A DNA stretch of 62,993 bases from a virus (taxonomy: Duplodnaviria; Heunggongvirae; Uroviricota; Caudoviricetes): the IMG/VR virus record IMGVR_UViG_3300033120_000611. One strand, written 5' to 3'. A program made the position numbers and the translations under genes. A model generated the notes under the pieces. It was given only the letters and a program-made list of their open reading frames with translations. It was not told the DNA's origin and searched no databases. Every line of letters starts with the position of its first letter. Positions within the stretch are counted from its first letter, which is position 1. This document shows, piece after piece, positions 10,205-20,123 of this stretch.

Positions 10205-13200
10205 ATGGCTTGTAATTCAAAAGAAAATACTATAAAAGCTCTTTTAGATAGAGGTATAATCAGTGATACACGTAGAATACTAAACCTAGGAGAGTTCAAT
10301 AGACTTAATGAGTTGTACACAAATACAGCTAAGCAGAAGTATGGAATAGATACTGGAGATCTTCTCCTCTTTAACAAAGAGGATGTGGAATCTAATGATG
10401 AGAAGTTTTTAAGAGCCTCTGCTAATCAGGAGTTCTTTACACTTATTGATGCTGCTATTAATACACCGGTTGATATCCAGGTTCCATATCAAGAAGCATC
10501 AGAGCCACAGACCGAGGTTGAAAAGATACTCAAGCAATCTACCACTCAGGGAGTTCTAGACTTTAATATCACTCCAGTTACTGAACTTACTACTTCAACC
10601 CGGAAGAAGGCTATTGAGAAAGTTGGCAAGATACTTGACATACTAAAGATAAAGACACAGTTTGCATCTCTAGATGAAGATACTGCAGCTCAGGTTGATA
10701 TGTTCAATAGATTGATTCAGTTCGCTGAAGGATATTTAACTGAGGATAACTTTACTGAAGAAGCAATGCACTTAGTTACAGAGATACTTGAACAAAAAAA
10801 CAAGCCTCTCTTTGACAAACTTAAATCTGAAATCTGGAAGTACCAGATATATACTGATGTCTTAAATGAATATTCAGGGGATAAAGCCTACCAAAATGAA
10901 GACGGATCTAGAAACATCGATAAGCTCAAGAAAGAAGCGATTGCTCAACTACTTACAGCGAAGGTTCTTAGTAATGAAGAAATACCTGATCCGAAAGGTT
11001 TTCTATCGTCTGTATGGGATACTGTTAAGCATTTTGTTAGAGGATATATACTTCGCTCACTGCCTACAGATGTACGTGATGAATACACTAATTTCGCTGA
11101 TAGAATCCTTGAGACCGATTTTATCGAACCCTCAGACGCTAAATATTTAGAGAGTAGGGAAGTATACAAGTCTCGTATAACTAATTTGCAGAAACAACAG
11201 GGTCGGGCTCGTAGATTATTCGCATCACTGAAATCTAATCTACGTGAATTTGGTACGTCTGAGGATATCTATCAGTACCTCTTAAATAGAGCTAGCACCA
11301 TCTCAAAAATAGCAGAGATGGAAGTTAATCCACAAACAGGAGAGAATGAGGAAGTAGAATACTACGTCTCTGAAACAGGTAAAAAGATGCGTATTACTTC
11401 GATGATTAGTAAATCAAATGAGAACCTGTATAAGAATATAGATCAATCTGATTTAGCTGTAGCACTTAGGGAAGCTAAGATGCAGAAAGGTACTCTAGTC
11501 CATGAGACTATAGAATCTATCATTGCTAGATTTGTAGATCCGGCTACCGGCCTAATTAAGGAGTATGTAGATGATCGTCCTAGGACTCTTCCTATGAATG
11601 AGAAATTCTATGATACTCTAGAGAAGTCTTTAATCAATAGATTAGCTTCTTACCCAGAGGGTACTAGGTTCTTATCTGAGACACCAGTAGTTGATGAGAA
11701 AGCTGGTTTAGCTGGAACTGTTGACTTTATAGCAATTCTGCCTAATGGCGCTATTGACATCCTGGACTGGAAGACAACTGATGTAACCTATAAAGAAGGT
11801 ACTACCAAGAAGACTCGTTTCGATATCTCTCCATATAACCAGGCGTACTGGAGAACTCAGCTAGGGCTCTATAAAGATGCTCTAGTGTCATATGGCCTAA
11901 CTAACTTTAGGCAGACTAGGGCTATTCCTATTCTACTTGAAACTACTGTCACAAGAGTAGACAAGACTAAGCCATTAGATGCATCCAACGCTATTACAGA
12001 AATTGCATCCCTAAAGATAGGAGATGTAGATCCTCTTAATATTCCACTAGAAGAATTTACAAGTATACCAGTACCCGACTATTTCGAATCTACCGGTAAC
12101 AAAGATCTTGATGAGGTTATCAAAAAGCTGTGGGGTATACATGAGCGTATACAAAATACTACCTATTCTCAAAATGAGAAATTTAAGAAAAGACTTGAGC
12201 TTGATAAGATATCTGCAGCTATACGTGAACTTCAGGTAAGAAAGACTGCAGTCCTATTCACGAACATATTCAATGATGCCTTTAGGCGTTATAATCAACT
12301 CTCTAAGGAGAAGCTTGATTTCCTAGATACCATTAACAATGAGACTCGATTCATGTCTCAGGAAGAGGAAGAGCAGGTAAACTTACATGTATCAGAGCTC
12401 TATGATGGAATAGAATTCCTATCAGCTTTCGAGGAGTATCCTCAGGTTATTAAGGAGATCTATCTACAGAGGGGTACACCTACTCCACAAGAAATAAAGA
12501 TACTTCAGGATATCACTAACATAGGTAGTAAAGGTTCCGGGATAAGAAAGGAGCTCATTAAAACTGCTAGTGAAGTAATGACCAAGCTAGCTAAAGCTTA
12601 CGATATTGAAAATGTAGCTGCCCTTGATATGGACAGTACTAATCGTCTTGGACTATACCTAACATCTATCCTTCATAGAAAGGAGAAGACCATACAGTAT
12701 GCTGCCCGGGTAATTAATGCTATGAGATTTATCTCAAAGAAAGAATCTGATAAGTATTTTGATCCAGAGAATGGTAGATTCCATCAGGTCTATAAATCAG
12801 TATCTGAATGGTCCAAGAAGAATAATATCAAGGCTAAGGATGCCTATAAGAAGATACTTGATCCAGACGGAAGACACTTACTATCTACTATCAAAGATGA
12901 CTTCCAGGAAGTTATGAAGAATCGTAGACAAGAATTAGCTAAGTGGTTCAAGATAGAACATGATAGACTATTCGAACAGAAGTATCGTGGTAAGAATCTA
13001 TCTACAGTATTACTGGCAAATTATAAGGCTGAAGTTCTTCCTTTCCTTAAGGAGAATTTTGATCTTGCAGCTTACGATGCTGCGTATGGAGCTGCCTTTA
13101 TTGCTAGGAAAGAAGCTTTGGCAAAGAGTAAGTTTGATGAAGATGATATAATCGATCAGGAAAGAAGAGATAGATTCCTGCAGGAATGGATAGATGAGCA

Positions 13201-15535
13201 CGATATATACATCTCTCCTAATGCTCTCACTCATACAAACCATCTTCTTGCTTTAAGAGATGATGTGTGGCAGTCAGCTGGATATAAGGAATTACTTAAG
13301 CCAGCCAATAAGCCACTCCTGGATATGTACAACCTATTCCTAGACATCAATAAAGATGCTAAGGATGCTGGTATGCTGAGTGATGTATATGATGCTCAAA
13401 GATTCTTACCAGTGATAGGTGAGAAGTCTAGGATTAAGGCGCTTAAGTCTACTGTTAATGAGATCAAGGAAACTATAGAAGAACAAAGAGCTCTTGGTGC
13501 TAAGATAACTCCTTGGAGCTACCTGACTACTGCAAGAAATGTTCTTAGTGATGTCTTCATACAGAGCTTAAAAGCTGATCGTGAAGAGGAAGCTAGATCG
13601 AAAGATGTAGACCTCCTTACAAAGAAGACAAAACAACGCCGTAGAGTTATGTACAAATCCGTGCAGGATGGTTTATTCCAGTCTGACGAAGTATTCGAAG
13701 CATATGCTCTATGGGCTAATCACATTATAAAGTATAAGACTGTATCTAACTTTGAGCAACGTCTTAAACTTATTGAGACAATCCAGAATAATAAGAAGGA
13801 TGTCTTTGATGTTGATTCTAAGGGAAATATAGCCAACCTGGCTAGGCCTATATCAAAACTGAAGGACCCAACAGTAAGATCTCAGACTGTTAAGTCTGGT
13901 TCAACTGATGATGATCTCCATAAGATACTTGCTCACTATCTATATAGTGATGACTTTGTAGCTATGCCGGCACTAAAGAATGTACTCGACTTACTTAAGA
14001 GTGGAGCTGCAGTCGCTTACCTGGGACTAAATGCTAAGCTGGGTATTGTGAATATAATTGGTGGTACAAGTTCAGCCAGTCTTCAAAAGGGTGGAGCTTT
14101 CAATTCTATTGATTTTGAGAAGGCTATGGCTTCTATTGTAGCCTTTGGTGTAGGAGATAAGTTAGGTCTTGAATCACAAGAAAAGACTCACTTTTTACTA
14201 GAAACATTCCAAACAAGAATAGAATCTGAGCACCATGCGGCTATGTTTGCGAAGTATAGAGGTAAGTGGACATCTAGACGCGATCCGGGTAGCTTAGGGT
14301 ATATCTTCCTTAGTGCAGGTGATACATGGATGCAAGATGCCATGGGACTTGCTATACTACGTAATACTATGGTTCATGATGGTAAGTTCGTGAATATCAA
14401 TGATTACGTTAAGAGTAAGTACAAAGATGAGCGACTTAAGAAAGGAATAACTAAGAAAGAACTCCAGGCAATGGATAAAAAGATTGCTAAGGAAGTTGCT
14501 GATCTTAAGAAGAGCTCAGCTATTACTGAGAAACTCGTAAAGACTGAAACTGGATATACTATCGATGGTATCGATATAAACACTAAGATTGGCCAGACCC
14601 AGGTATTAAACCTAAGTAATAAAATCCGTAGCTACTCTAAGACCGCCATAGGTAATATGGATGAGACAGATAAGTTTGTAGGAAAGATGTACTGGTGGTC
14701 CCAATACTTTACTCAGCTAAAGAACTGGATGTTCCGTGTATATGGATCCAGGATAGGTGGAGTTGAGACTGATTATGAAAGAGGTGAAATTACTTATGGT
14801 CGTTATAGAGCATATGGTAATGCATTATTCTCTAAACACTTCGTAGCAATGGCTACTGAAAGTGCTAAGGCATTACTTCCATTACTTGGATATGTTACTC
14901 CTGTATCTGGAGTAATTGGTTGGTCATTCTCAAAAGTAAGACAGAATACAGTAATGTATAATGTAGATATTATTGAGGCCGGCCGGGCTAAGTATTTTGA
15001 GGAAAAGGAAAAAGCTGCTAAGAGAGAGCTCCCCTTTAATATTCGTGAGGATGAGTTTATAGATCTCTATAGAAATCAAGTTAGAGCCACTTTACATGGT
15101 ATAAGACAGTTTGCTACAGTTGGGCTAGCAATCGCTCTCCTATTGGCTGCTAAGGGCAAATCTAAGGATTGGAAGTGGTATGAGCTAGCTAGTATACTAT
15201 TTGGTCTTGATCGGGAGCTTGGTGGTGATAAATCGCCTCAGCAATTGATAAATCTACTTGGTCAAACACTAATACCACTTGTCTCATATCTTAATGAGAT
15301 AGTTAAGTTCGCAGGGGAATTAAGTAAAGAAGCGCTTGGAGAAGCTGAAGTACTTGTTGGAGATTCTCATACAAAGGCTAGAGGTAGAAAGCGTATAGCT
15401 AAGGCTACTCCTTATGATAAGTTTATGAAAGTGGTCCCTATTCCGGGAGTTCGTAGACTACATATAGACATGCAGGCATACTCAGCTAAGTATGCTAAAT
15501 TCTCGAAGGTTCACCAGCCACGGGTCGCTCTTTAA
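10205..15535 (+). CDS. Large virion cargo/ejection protein with PD-(D/E)xK nuclease-like domain and degenerate zincin-like motif
   Basis: 1776-aa ORF starting 6 nt after the RNAP stop. Motifs GLAGTVDF...IDILDWKT (about 11700-11780) and EEAMH (10757-10771). Position matches crAss-like cargo genes. Confidence 0.65.
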   Translation: MACNSKENTIKALLDRGIISDTRRILNLGEFNRLNELYTNTAKQKYGIDTGDLLLFNKEDVESNDEKFLRASANQEFFTLIDAAINTPVDIQVPYQEASEPQTEVEKILKQSTTQGVLDFNITPVTELTTSTRKKAIEKVGKILDILKIKTQFASLDEDTAAQVDMFNRLIQFAEGYLTEDNFTEEAMHLVTEILEQKNKPLFDKLKSEIWKYQIYTDVLNEYSGDKAYQNEDGSRNIDKLKKEAIAQLLTAKVLSNEEIPDPKGFLSSVWDTVKHFVRGYILRSLPTDVRDEYTNFADRILETDFIEPSDAKYLESREVYKSRITNLQKQQGRARRLFASLKSNLREFGTSEDIYQYLLNRASTISKIAEMEVNPQTGENEEVEYYVSETGKKMRITSMISKSNENLYKNIDQSDLAVALREAKMQKGTLVHETIESIIARFVDPATGLIKEYVDDRPRTLPMNEKFYDTLEKSLINRLASYPEGTRFLSETPVVDEKAGLAGTVDFIAILPNGAIDILDWKTTDVTYKEGTTKKTRFDISPYNQAYWRTQLGLYKDALVSYGLTNFRQTRAIPILLETTVTRVDKTKPLDASNAITEIASLKIGDVDPLNIPLEEFTSIPVPDYFESTGNKDLDEVIKKLWGIHERIQNTTYSQNEKFKKRLELDKISAAIRELQVRKTAVLFTNIFNDAFRRYNQLSKEKLDFLDTINNETRFMSQEEEEQVNLHVSELYDGIEFLSAFEEYPQVIKEIYLQRGTPTPQEIKILQDITNIGSKGSGIRKELIKTASEVMTKLAKAYDIENVAALDMDSTNRLGLYLTSILHRKEKTIQYAARVINAMRFISKKESDKYFDPENGRFHQVYKSVSEWSKKNNIKAKDAYKKILDPDGRHLLSTIKDDFQEVMKNRRQELAKWFKIEHDRLFEQKYRGKNLSTVLLANYKAEVLPFLKENFDLAAYDAAYGAAFIARKEALAKSKFDEDDIIDQERRDRFLQEWIDEHDIYISPNALTHTNHLLALRDDVWQSAGYKELLKPANKPLLDMYNLFLDINKDAKDAGMLSDVYDAQRFLPVIGEKSRIKALKSTVNEIKETIEEQRALGAKITPWSYLTTARNVLSDVFIQSLKADREEEARSKDVDLLTKKTKQRRRVMYKSVQDGLFQSDEVFEAYALWANHIIKYKTVSNFEQRLKLIETIQNNKKDVFDVDSKGNIANLARPISKLKDPTVRSQTVKSGSTDDDLHKILAHYLYSDDFVAMPALKNVLDLLKSGAAVAYLGLNAKLGIVNIIGGTSSASLQKGGAFNSIDFEKAMASIVAFGVGDKLGLESQEKTHFLLETFQTRIESEHHAAMFAKYRGKWTSRRDPGSLGYIFLSAGDTWMQDAMGLAILRNTMVHDGKFVNINDYVKSKYKDERLKKGITKKELQAMDKKIAKEVADLKKSSAITEKLVKTETGYTIDGIDINTKIGQTQVLNLSNKIRSYSKTAIGNMDETDKFVGKMYWWSQYFTQLKNWMFRVYGSRIGGVETDYERGEITYGRYRAYGNALFSKHFVAMATESAKALLPLLGYVTPVSGVIGWSFSKVRQNTVMYNVDIIEAGRAKYFEEKEKAAKRELPFNIREDEFIDLYRNQVRATLHGIRQFATVGLAIALLLAAKGKSKDWKWYELASILFGLDRELGGDKSPQQLINLLGQTLIPLVSYLNEIVKFAGELSKEALGEAEVLVGDSHTKARGRKRIAKATPYDKFMKVVPIPGVRRLHIDMQAYSAKYAKFSKVHQPRVAL

Positions 15536-15749
15536 GAGCTCCTAATGAATACTGAGCTACGAGATCCACAAAGGTCTCGTGGCTTATTTCTTCCATATGC
15601 TTAGTACCAAATGAGAATCGTTCTTCATAGTCCATTGGTATAATCTCGAGATCCTGCGCATACACTAAGTCATCTCCCAGTACTCTTACAATTCTAAGGA
15701 ACATCATTGTCCCCCCAATCTCTTTTTTATAATACTTAAAGGTGTTCAT
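15495..15749 (-). CDS. Hypothetical protein
   Basis: ORF track; likely start MNTFK at 15749, just downstream of a TAACTTTG promoter. Confidence 0.55.
   Translation of the reverse strand: MNTFKYYKKEIGGTMMFLRIVRVLGDDLVYAQDLEIIPMDYEERFSFGTKHMEEISHETFVDLVAQYSLGALKERPVAGEPSRI
15556..15592 (+). terminator. Putative intrinsic terminator of the virion-protein operon
   Basis: Hairpin GCTACGAGA-TCC-ACAAA-GG-TCTCGTGGC followed by TTATTTCTT, 20 nt after the stop at 15535. Confidence 0.5.
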
Positions 15750-15770
15750 TTTATTTCGTATTTGACAATA

Positions 15771-15778
15771 CAAAGTTA
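15771..15778 (-). promoter_or_regulatory. Bacteroidota sigma70-type -7 element (TAACTTTG)
   Basis: Matches the TAnnTTTG consensus about 22 nt upstream of the ATG at 15749. Confidence 0.55.
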
Positions 15779-15837
15779 AGGACATTTCCACAGATAAATT
15801 TGTTAAATAATTTTTAACAATATTTCTTTGTAGGATA

Positions 15838-15868
15838 TTTGGTTAGTTGAATTAAAACACTATCTTTG
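15838..15868 (+). promoter_or_regulatory. Bacteroidota sigma70-type promoter (-33 TTTG / -7 TATCTTTG)
   Basis: TTTG at 15838-15841, 19-nt spacer, TATCTTTG at 15861-15868, upstream of the ATG at 15887. Confidence 0.7.
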
Positions 15869-15886
15869 CATTCAAGAAACCAACAT

Positions 15887-16336
15887 ATGCCTAAGTCTAA
15901 AAATAGGAAAGCACACAATATTAAGAAGAGTATTTCAAATTTTAAAAAACATAAACAACGTCAGATGGAGAACATCGCAAAAAACCAAAAAAATCCAGTT
16001 ACACTGGTCTATCATAAAGATAGGAAAACTGTGACCGTGCCTCTACAAGCATGGCAAATGTTGAATCAAGCTGCAAAGGAGCTTGGTCCTCTTGCTAACT
16101 TCGTAGCAGTAATGGAAAACATTGGCCAGCAACATATGGATGATGGTACTCTTATTCCAGTATACCAAGAGGATACTGAAGTAATCCCAGGTACTGAGAA
16201 TAATCCTGGCGGACCGCAAAGAAAGATCACAGATGAGTTCTGGGAAAGAAATTCTGAGGCTAAGGTTCCAGCAACCAATCTGGTTACACTTGCCGGGGAT
16301 CCACTTACATCAGAGGCTCCAAAGGTCGATCTGTAA
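15887..16336 (+). CDS. Hypothetical protein
   Basis: ORF with its own promoter and terminator; basic N-terminus. Confidence 0.65.
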   Translation: MPKSKNRKAHNIKKSISNFKKHKQRQMENIAKNQKNPVTLVYHKDRKTVTVPLQAWQMLNQAAKELGPLANFVAVMENIGQQHMDDGTLIPVYQEDTEVIPGTENNPGGPQRKITDEFWERNSEAKVPATNLVTLAGDPLTSEAPKVDL

Positions 16337-16355
16337 AGATAGTAACACAGGGGTT

Positions 16356-16396
16356 AAAAAAGAGGGGCTACCAAATCGGTAGCCCTTTTGTTTTTT
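16356..16396. terminator. Bidirectional intrinsic terminator
   Basis: A-run, stem GGGCTACC/GGTAGCCC with a 5-nt loop, T-run; sits between convergent genes. Confidence 0.75.
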
Positions 16397-16617
16397 TAAG
16401 CTGTAGCAGCTTTAACTGCCCACATAGCGGCTTCTTCATATGCTGCTTGAGCGAACTCTACATATCGATATGTATTCTCCTTCTCATTTTTGTATCTGAG
16501 AGTTTCAGTTAGGTTTATTAACTCTGCTGTCTTCTGTTTGATGAGACTAACAGTATCATCATTATTTGGATTGAATTCTACACGAACATAACGTTCGCCT
16601 ATGGTTTTTTCTGCCAT
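16396..16617 (-). CDS. Small helical-hairpin protein, candidate Acb2/Tad1-like nucleotide-signal sponge
   Basis: 73 aa; C-terminal helix FAQAAYEEAAMWAVKAA resembles the Tad1-type ALTHVEEALMW helix. Resemblance judged by eye. Confidence 0.45.
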   Translation of the reverse strand: MAEKTIGERYVRVEFNPNNDDTVSLIKQKTAELINLTETLRYKNEKENTYRYVEFAQAAYEEAAMWAVKAATA

Positions 16618-16636
16618 GTTATTGTTGTTTAAATTG

Positions 16637-17017
16637 TTACGCGTCAAAATGTGGATTATAGGCTTTTAGAATGAACTTATTTGGCCCAGTCTTTACCCAT
16701 GTAGCTCCACCAGCTACTACTGGATAACCTATTGGAAATTCCTCGTCTATCCCTGGTATATCAACTACTACGTTAGTATCTTCCGGGATATGAATGACAA
16801 GGCCTTTCGCAACATAGTTACTTCCTTCCAGCTTAGGTTTGGTTACAATCATTATTGATATGCCCTCATCACTCACTAAGATCTCTCCTAGTGCCGGCAC
16901 ATCCTGATTAAATACCAACTCGAATAAGTTATCCTTATTCTTATATCTCTTCCAGGAACAGATTATCCATGTCCGTAGGGACAAAATCTGTTTTGGAATC
17001 CAACTCTTTATCTTCAT
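16637..17017 (-). CDS. Hypothetical protein
   Basis: ORF track; co-directional within the operon. Confidence 0.5.
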   Translation of the reverse strand: MKIKSWIPKQILSLRTWIICSWKRYKNKDNLFELVFNQDVPALGEILVSDEGISIMIVTKPKLEGSNYVAKGLVIHIPEDTNVVVDIPGIDEEFPIGYPVVAGGATWVKTGPNKFILKAYNPHFDA

Positions 17018-17438
17018 ACTTTTGTTTTAGTTCATTCGTATATGCCTCAACTTTGGGACACATAGAAAGTTTTGTCTCTACCTGGTTATGTATTTCCGGT
17101 AATAAAAATACAATATTCCAAGCGCAATGCCTAAACTGTGGGTATGTAGCCTTTGGTAGTACGTGATGAAACATTGTGATTAAAGGCTTGTTGCCTAAGT
17201 ATCTACCTGTTTCGAAGCAGATATGTTCTCTCTCGTTCCATAGCTGGAGATAGAAAGCCATATCATTCTGGACAAGATCTTTCTTTAGGACCTTATTAGC
17301 TTTTCCCTTCTCAGAGATCTTCTTTATTCCTTTAGGCTTCTTGTCATCTGTTCTTAAAGACTGATGCCGGGTGCAGTAGCCCTTGGCGAACCTAGGTCTA
17401 CCACATCCGTATACAGTACATGGTTTTGATTTAATCAT
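16941..17438 (-). CDS. HNH-fold nuclease-like protein with N-terminal Cys/His Zn finger
   Basis: CTVYGC...YCTRH N-terminus; HHVLPKATYPQFR...N...H beta-beta-alpha-metal-like segment. Confidence 0.55.
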   Translation of the reverse strand: MIKSKPCTVYGCGRPRFAKGYCTRHQSLRTDDKKPKGIKKISEKGKANKVLKKDLVQNDMAFYLQLWNEREHICFETGRYLGNKPLITMFHHVLPKATYPQFRHCAWNIVFLLPEIHNQVETKLSMCPKVEAYTNELKQKYEDKELDSKTDFVPTDMDNLFLEEI

Positions 17439-17611
17439 CTTGCTACTATTGGTAAGTTATGCTTTTTAGCATAATCATTGATCGATTGAATTATATCAGA
17501 TTGTTCACCAGTTGGTGATACTATATGATGAGGAACATTATAGGTCTTCTTATCACATAGTGAAGGTCTCCCTCTTTTATTCTTACGTGTAAGCCTTAAT
17601 GTTATATTCAT
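17435..17611 (-). CDS. Small hypothetical protein (58 aa, absent from the ORF track)
   Basis: MNITLRLTRKNKRGRPSLCDKK...; ATGA start/stop overlaps with both neighbours. Confidence 0.55.
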   Translation of the reverse strand: MNITLRLTRKNKRGRPSLCDKKTYNVPHHIVSPTGEQSDIIQSINDYAKKHNLPIVAR

Positions 17612-18726
17612 GCCCTATTCTCTCCTGGAATCATCTTACGATACTGAGTAAAACCTCTAAAGTTACCAGACCATCCAGCTCTCGCATCAGATAATCCTAC
17701 ACCTCTTTCATCATTATAGTATTCCTGGTCAGACATAGCTTTAGCACAATGTTCAAATGGACTCATATGACCCGAGGATAAAAGTTGATCATGTAGTTTG
17801 ATATCTGCAGCATAATCATCTTTACCTTCGAAGTTAAGATAAGATACTCTGGCACATCTAGCAGTAGCTACTTTTATGAATAGGGGTGTTAAGTCACTTC
17901 CCCATAGATCTTTTATAGGTGCTATGAACTCCCATCTATTTACATCACTACTAATATTATTTCCAAATGGTATATGCCATTCACCTGGTTGAAGTTTTCT
18001 GGGAGTACTTTCATTCATAGCATCCCACATTGCTTCAGCTAATGCCATTATATGTATCTCTCCCTGACCTAAATTAATACCTTTCCAATCTACATCAGAT
18101 TCAGTTATCTTTTTATCAGCTGGATCTGAGTTATGATACTTAATATAATCTTTCTTACTTCTAAAAATAATTGAATCACCTTCTCCTACCCATTGATACT
18201 GAGGACACCTAAGAGCAAAGAAGTTTTCCCATTCAGTAGCTGTAATAATAGCTGTATGCCACATAAATGGTTCTAAATATCTATTACATATTTGTTTAGT
18301 TACTCCAAAAGTGGATTGATTAACTGCTTCAGCTACTGCTCTATCTCTAGCTCTTAGGTGATTAGCAACTAAAGTTTTTACTTGTTCATCGTTAAAGTAC
18401 TCAGTACCTTGCATACCTTTATGATCTTTCTGCCAGGCTATTGGTATAAATGGATCATCTAGAACCAACCTAACCATTTTCTCAAATGGTATAGCCCGGC
18501 TACTAGCTGAGTTACGGGAAAATGCTCTATGTGTGTTAAGCTCAGCAAGAATCCAACGATTACATGTAACTACAAATGTTGTGATTCTATTTCCTTGAGG
18601 ACTAAGACTATCAGCTATTATCCTAGCTCTTATCTTTTTCTTTTTAGGTTCTGACCATTGGCCTACCTCATCTATTACATGAGGGTTGACGCCTTTATTA
18701 TCATAAGCATTAATAGGCTTTTCCAT
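17608..18726 (-). CDS. thyX: FAD-dependent thymidylate synthase ThyX-like
   Basis: Motifs ELNTHRAFSRNSASSRAIP, ARCARVSY and HMSPFEH. Confidence 0.8.
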   Translation of the reverse strand: MEKPINAYDNKGVNPHVIDEVGQWSEPKKKKIRARIIADSLSPQGNRITTFVVTCNRWILAELNTHRAFSRNSASSRAIPFEKMVRLVLDDPFIPIAWQKDHKGMQGTEYFNDEQVKTLVANHLRARDRAVAEAVNQSTFGVTKQICNRYLEPFMWHTAIITATEWENFFALRCPQYQWVGEGDSIIFRSKKDYIKYHNSDPADKKITESDVDWKGINLGQGEIHIMALAEAMWDAMNESTPRKLQPGEWHIPFGNNISSDVNRWEFIAPIKDLWGSDLTPLFIKVATARCARVSYLNFEGKDDYAADIKLHDQLLSSGHMSPFEHCAKAMSDQEYYNDERGVGLSDARAGWSGNFRGFTQYRKMIPGENRA

Positions 18727-19147
18727 GCATAAACTCTCTCCCGGAGTTGTATCTCATTTTTAAATCTACAAATGTATTGAGGTCCAATCCAAGCATTCCT
18801 GCAAAGTCAAAGATCCTTATAATAGCATCTGCTAGCTCGTCTTCCACAGTATCCTTTATATAGGACTTAAATACTTTCTCAAAATTGGCTCTCTCCTCTT
18901 CAGGAGTAAGGAGACCATTATGTGATAAAGTAAGATCCTTTATTCTCTGTATGAATCCAGGAAGATCAGCTCTCTTACCTTTTCTATCTGCTTCTAAAGT
19001 CTCCCCTAGTTCAGATGTAATTAGCATTAGCTTAGCTGCTATTGTTTCGTATAAAGGATCATCGTGAAATCCTTTACTCTTAGCGCTTGTGAATGCTCTA
19101 TCTCTTAGATCATTTAGAGATGATTCTTCTATTGGTTTAATTGTCAT
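18710..19147 (-). CDS. MazG-like nucleotide pyrophosphohydrolase
   Basis: SELGETLEA...EDELAD...IRIFD...KMRYN all-alpha NTP-PPase pattern. Confidence 0.8.
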   Translation of the reverse strand: MTIKPIEESSLNDLRDRAFTSAKSKGFHDDPLYETIAAKLMLITSELGETLEADRKGKRADLPGFIQRIKDLTLSHNGLLTPEEERANFEKVFKSYIKDTVEDELADAIIRIFDFAGMLGLDLNTFVDLKMRYNSGREFMHGKAY

Positions 19148-19413
19148 ATTATTAGTTTAGCTAGGTAGTGTGAAATATAGAAGCCGGCTAGAGTTCCTAG
19201 AGCTGCTCCTGAGGCATATGTTATCCGGTCATACCAGTTACCAAACGCTACCTTCTTAACGTTAAATGTCCAAATCAGGCTTATTAGGAATCCTGTTATG
19301 ATCATTGGTAGTATCAAAGCTTTGCTAATGAATGTGATATTCATTGCTACAAAACATACTTGCATAGCTGCAGTACAGAATAACTCCATTCTTTGCTTTA
19401 CGGTTTCTTTCAT
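19144..19413 (-). CDS. Small membrane protein
   Basis: Three hydrophobic segments; ends GAALGTLAG. Confidence 0.6.
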   Translation of the reverse strand: MKETVKQRMELFCTAAMQVCFVAMNITFISKALILPMIITGFLISLIWTFNVKKVAFGNWYDRITYASGAALGTLAGFYISHYLAKLII

Positions 19414-20123
19414 TGTATTATTTTAAATTGTTTTAGGAAGTCCTCTACCTTAACTTCTAGTTGGTCAAGACTCCCATCATTTTCTATCACATAGTCAAAC
19501 TGATAGTTATCTAGACTTGTCTCAGATGGGTGGAGATCACCTTTGTTTTCTCCCGGTCTAGTTATTCTTATAACTACACCACCATGCTTTTTAACCGCAT
19601 CAGCTTCATTCGGGAATCTACAGTCGGTAATAATCCAGTTAGGGATCTCATCATGGCAGTCTACTAGCTGGTCCCTATACTTCATTGGCTTACATACCTT
19701 CTGTGGCTTATAATCAACGAATAGAGCATTTACCCAGGTATTAGGGTGTATGTTATCTCTAACAGCTTCAGTACCTAATTTTTGGAGGAATTCCCTAACT
19801 GTATAATTTACAGTTTCTAAATCCATTATTCCATCACCGCTTTTTGATGGTATAGTAGTTTTAACATATTGCCATAGATTTGGATCTAGATAAGTTTTCT
19901 TAAACTCTTGATCCTCGAATTTCTCTACCGGGATACCAGTAAGGAGGCTGGCTATATACTTTAGCTTAGCAGCAAACTTCTTGATCTGCCATCTATTAGT
20001 AAGGACTCCATTAACATCCACATCAGATCTATCTTTCTTCCTATCTGGATTAGCCAGATCTTGGATCATAGCTCCTACTGTATCTTTGCCAGATCCTATC
20101 CGGCCATTAATTGCTATTATCAT
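19410..20123 (-). CDS. Deoxynucleoside monophosphate kinase
   Basis: P-loop GRIGSGKDT; REFLQKLGTE; ITDCRFPNE; HPSE. Confidence 0.85.
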   Translation of the reverse strand: MIIAINGRIGSGKDTVGAMIQDLANPDRKKDRSDVDVNGVLTNRWQIKKFAAKLKYIASLLTGIPVEKFEDQEFKKTYLDPNLWQYVKTTIPSKSGDGIMDLETVNYTVREFLQKLGTEAVRDNIHPNTWVNALFVDYKPQKVCKPMKYRDQLVDCHDEIPNWIITDCRFPNEADAVKKHGGVVIRITRPGENKGDLHPSETSLDNYQFDYVIENDGSLDQLEVKVEDFLKQFKIIQ

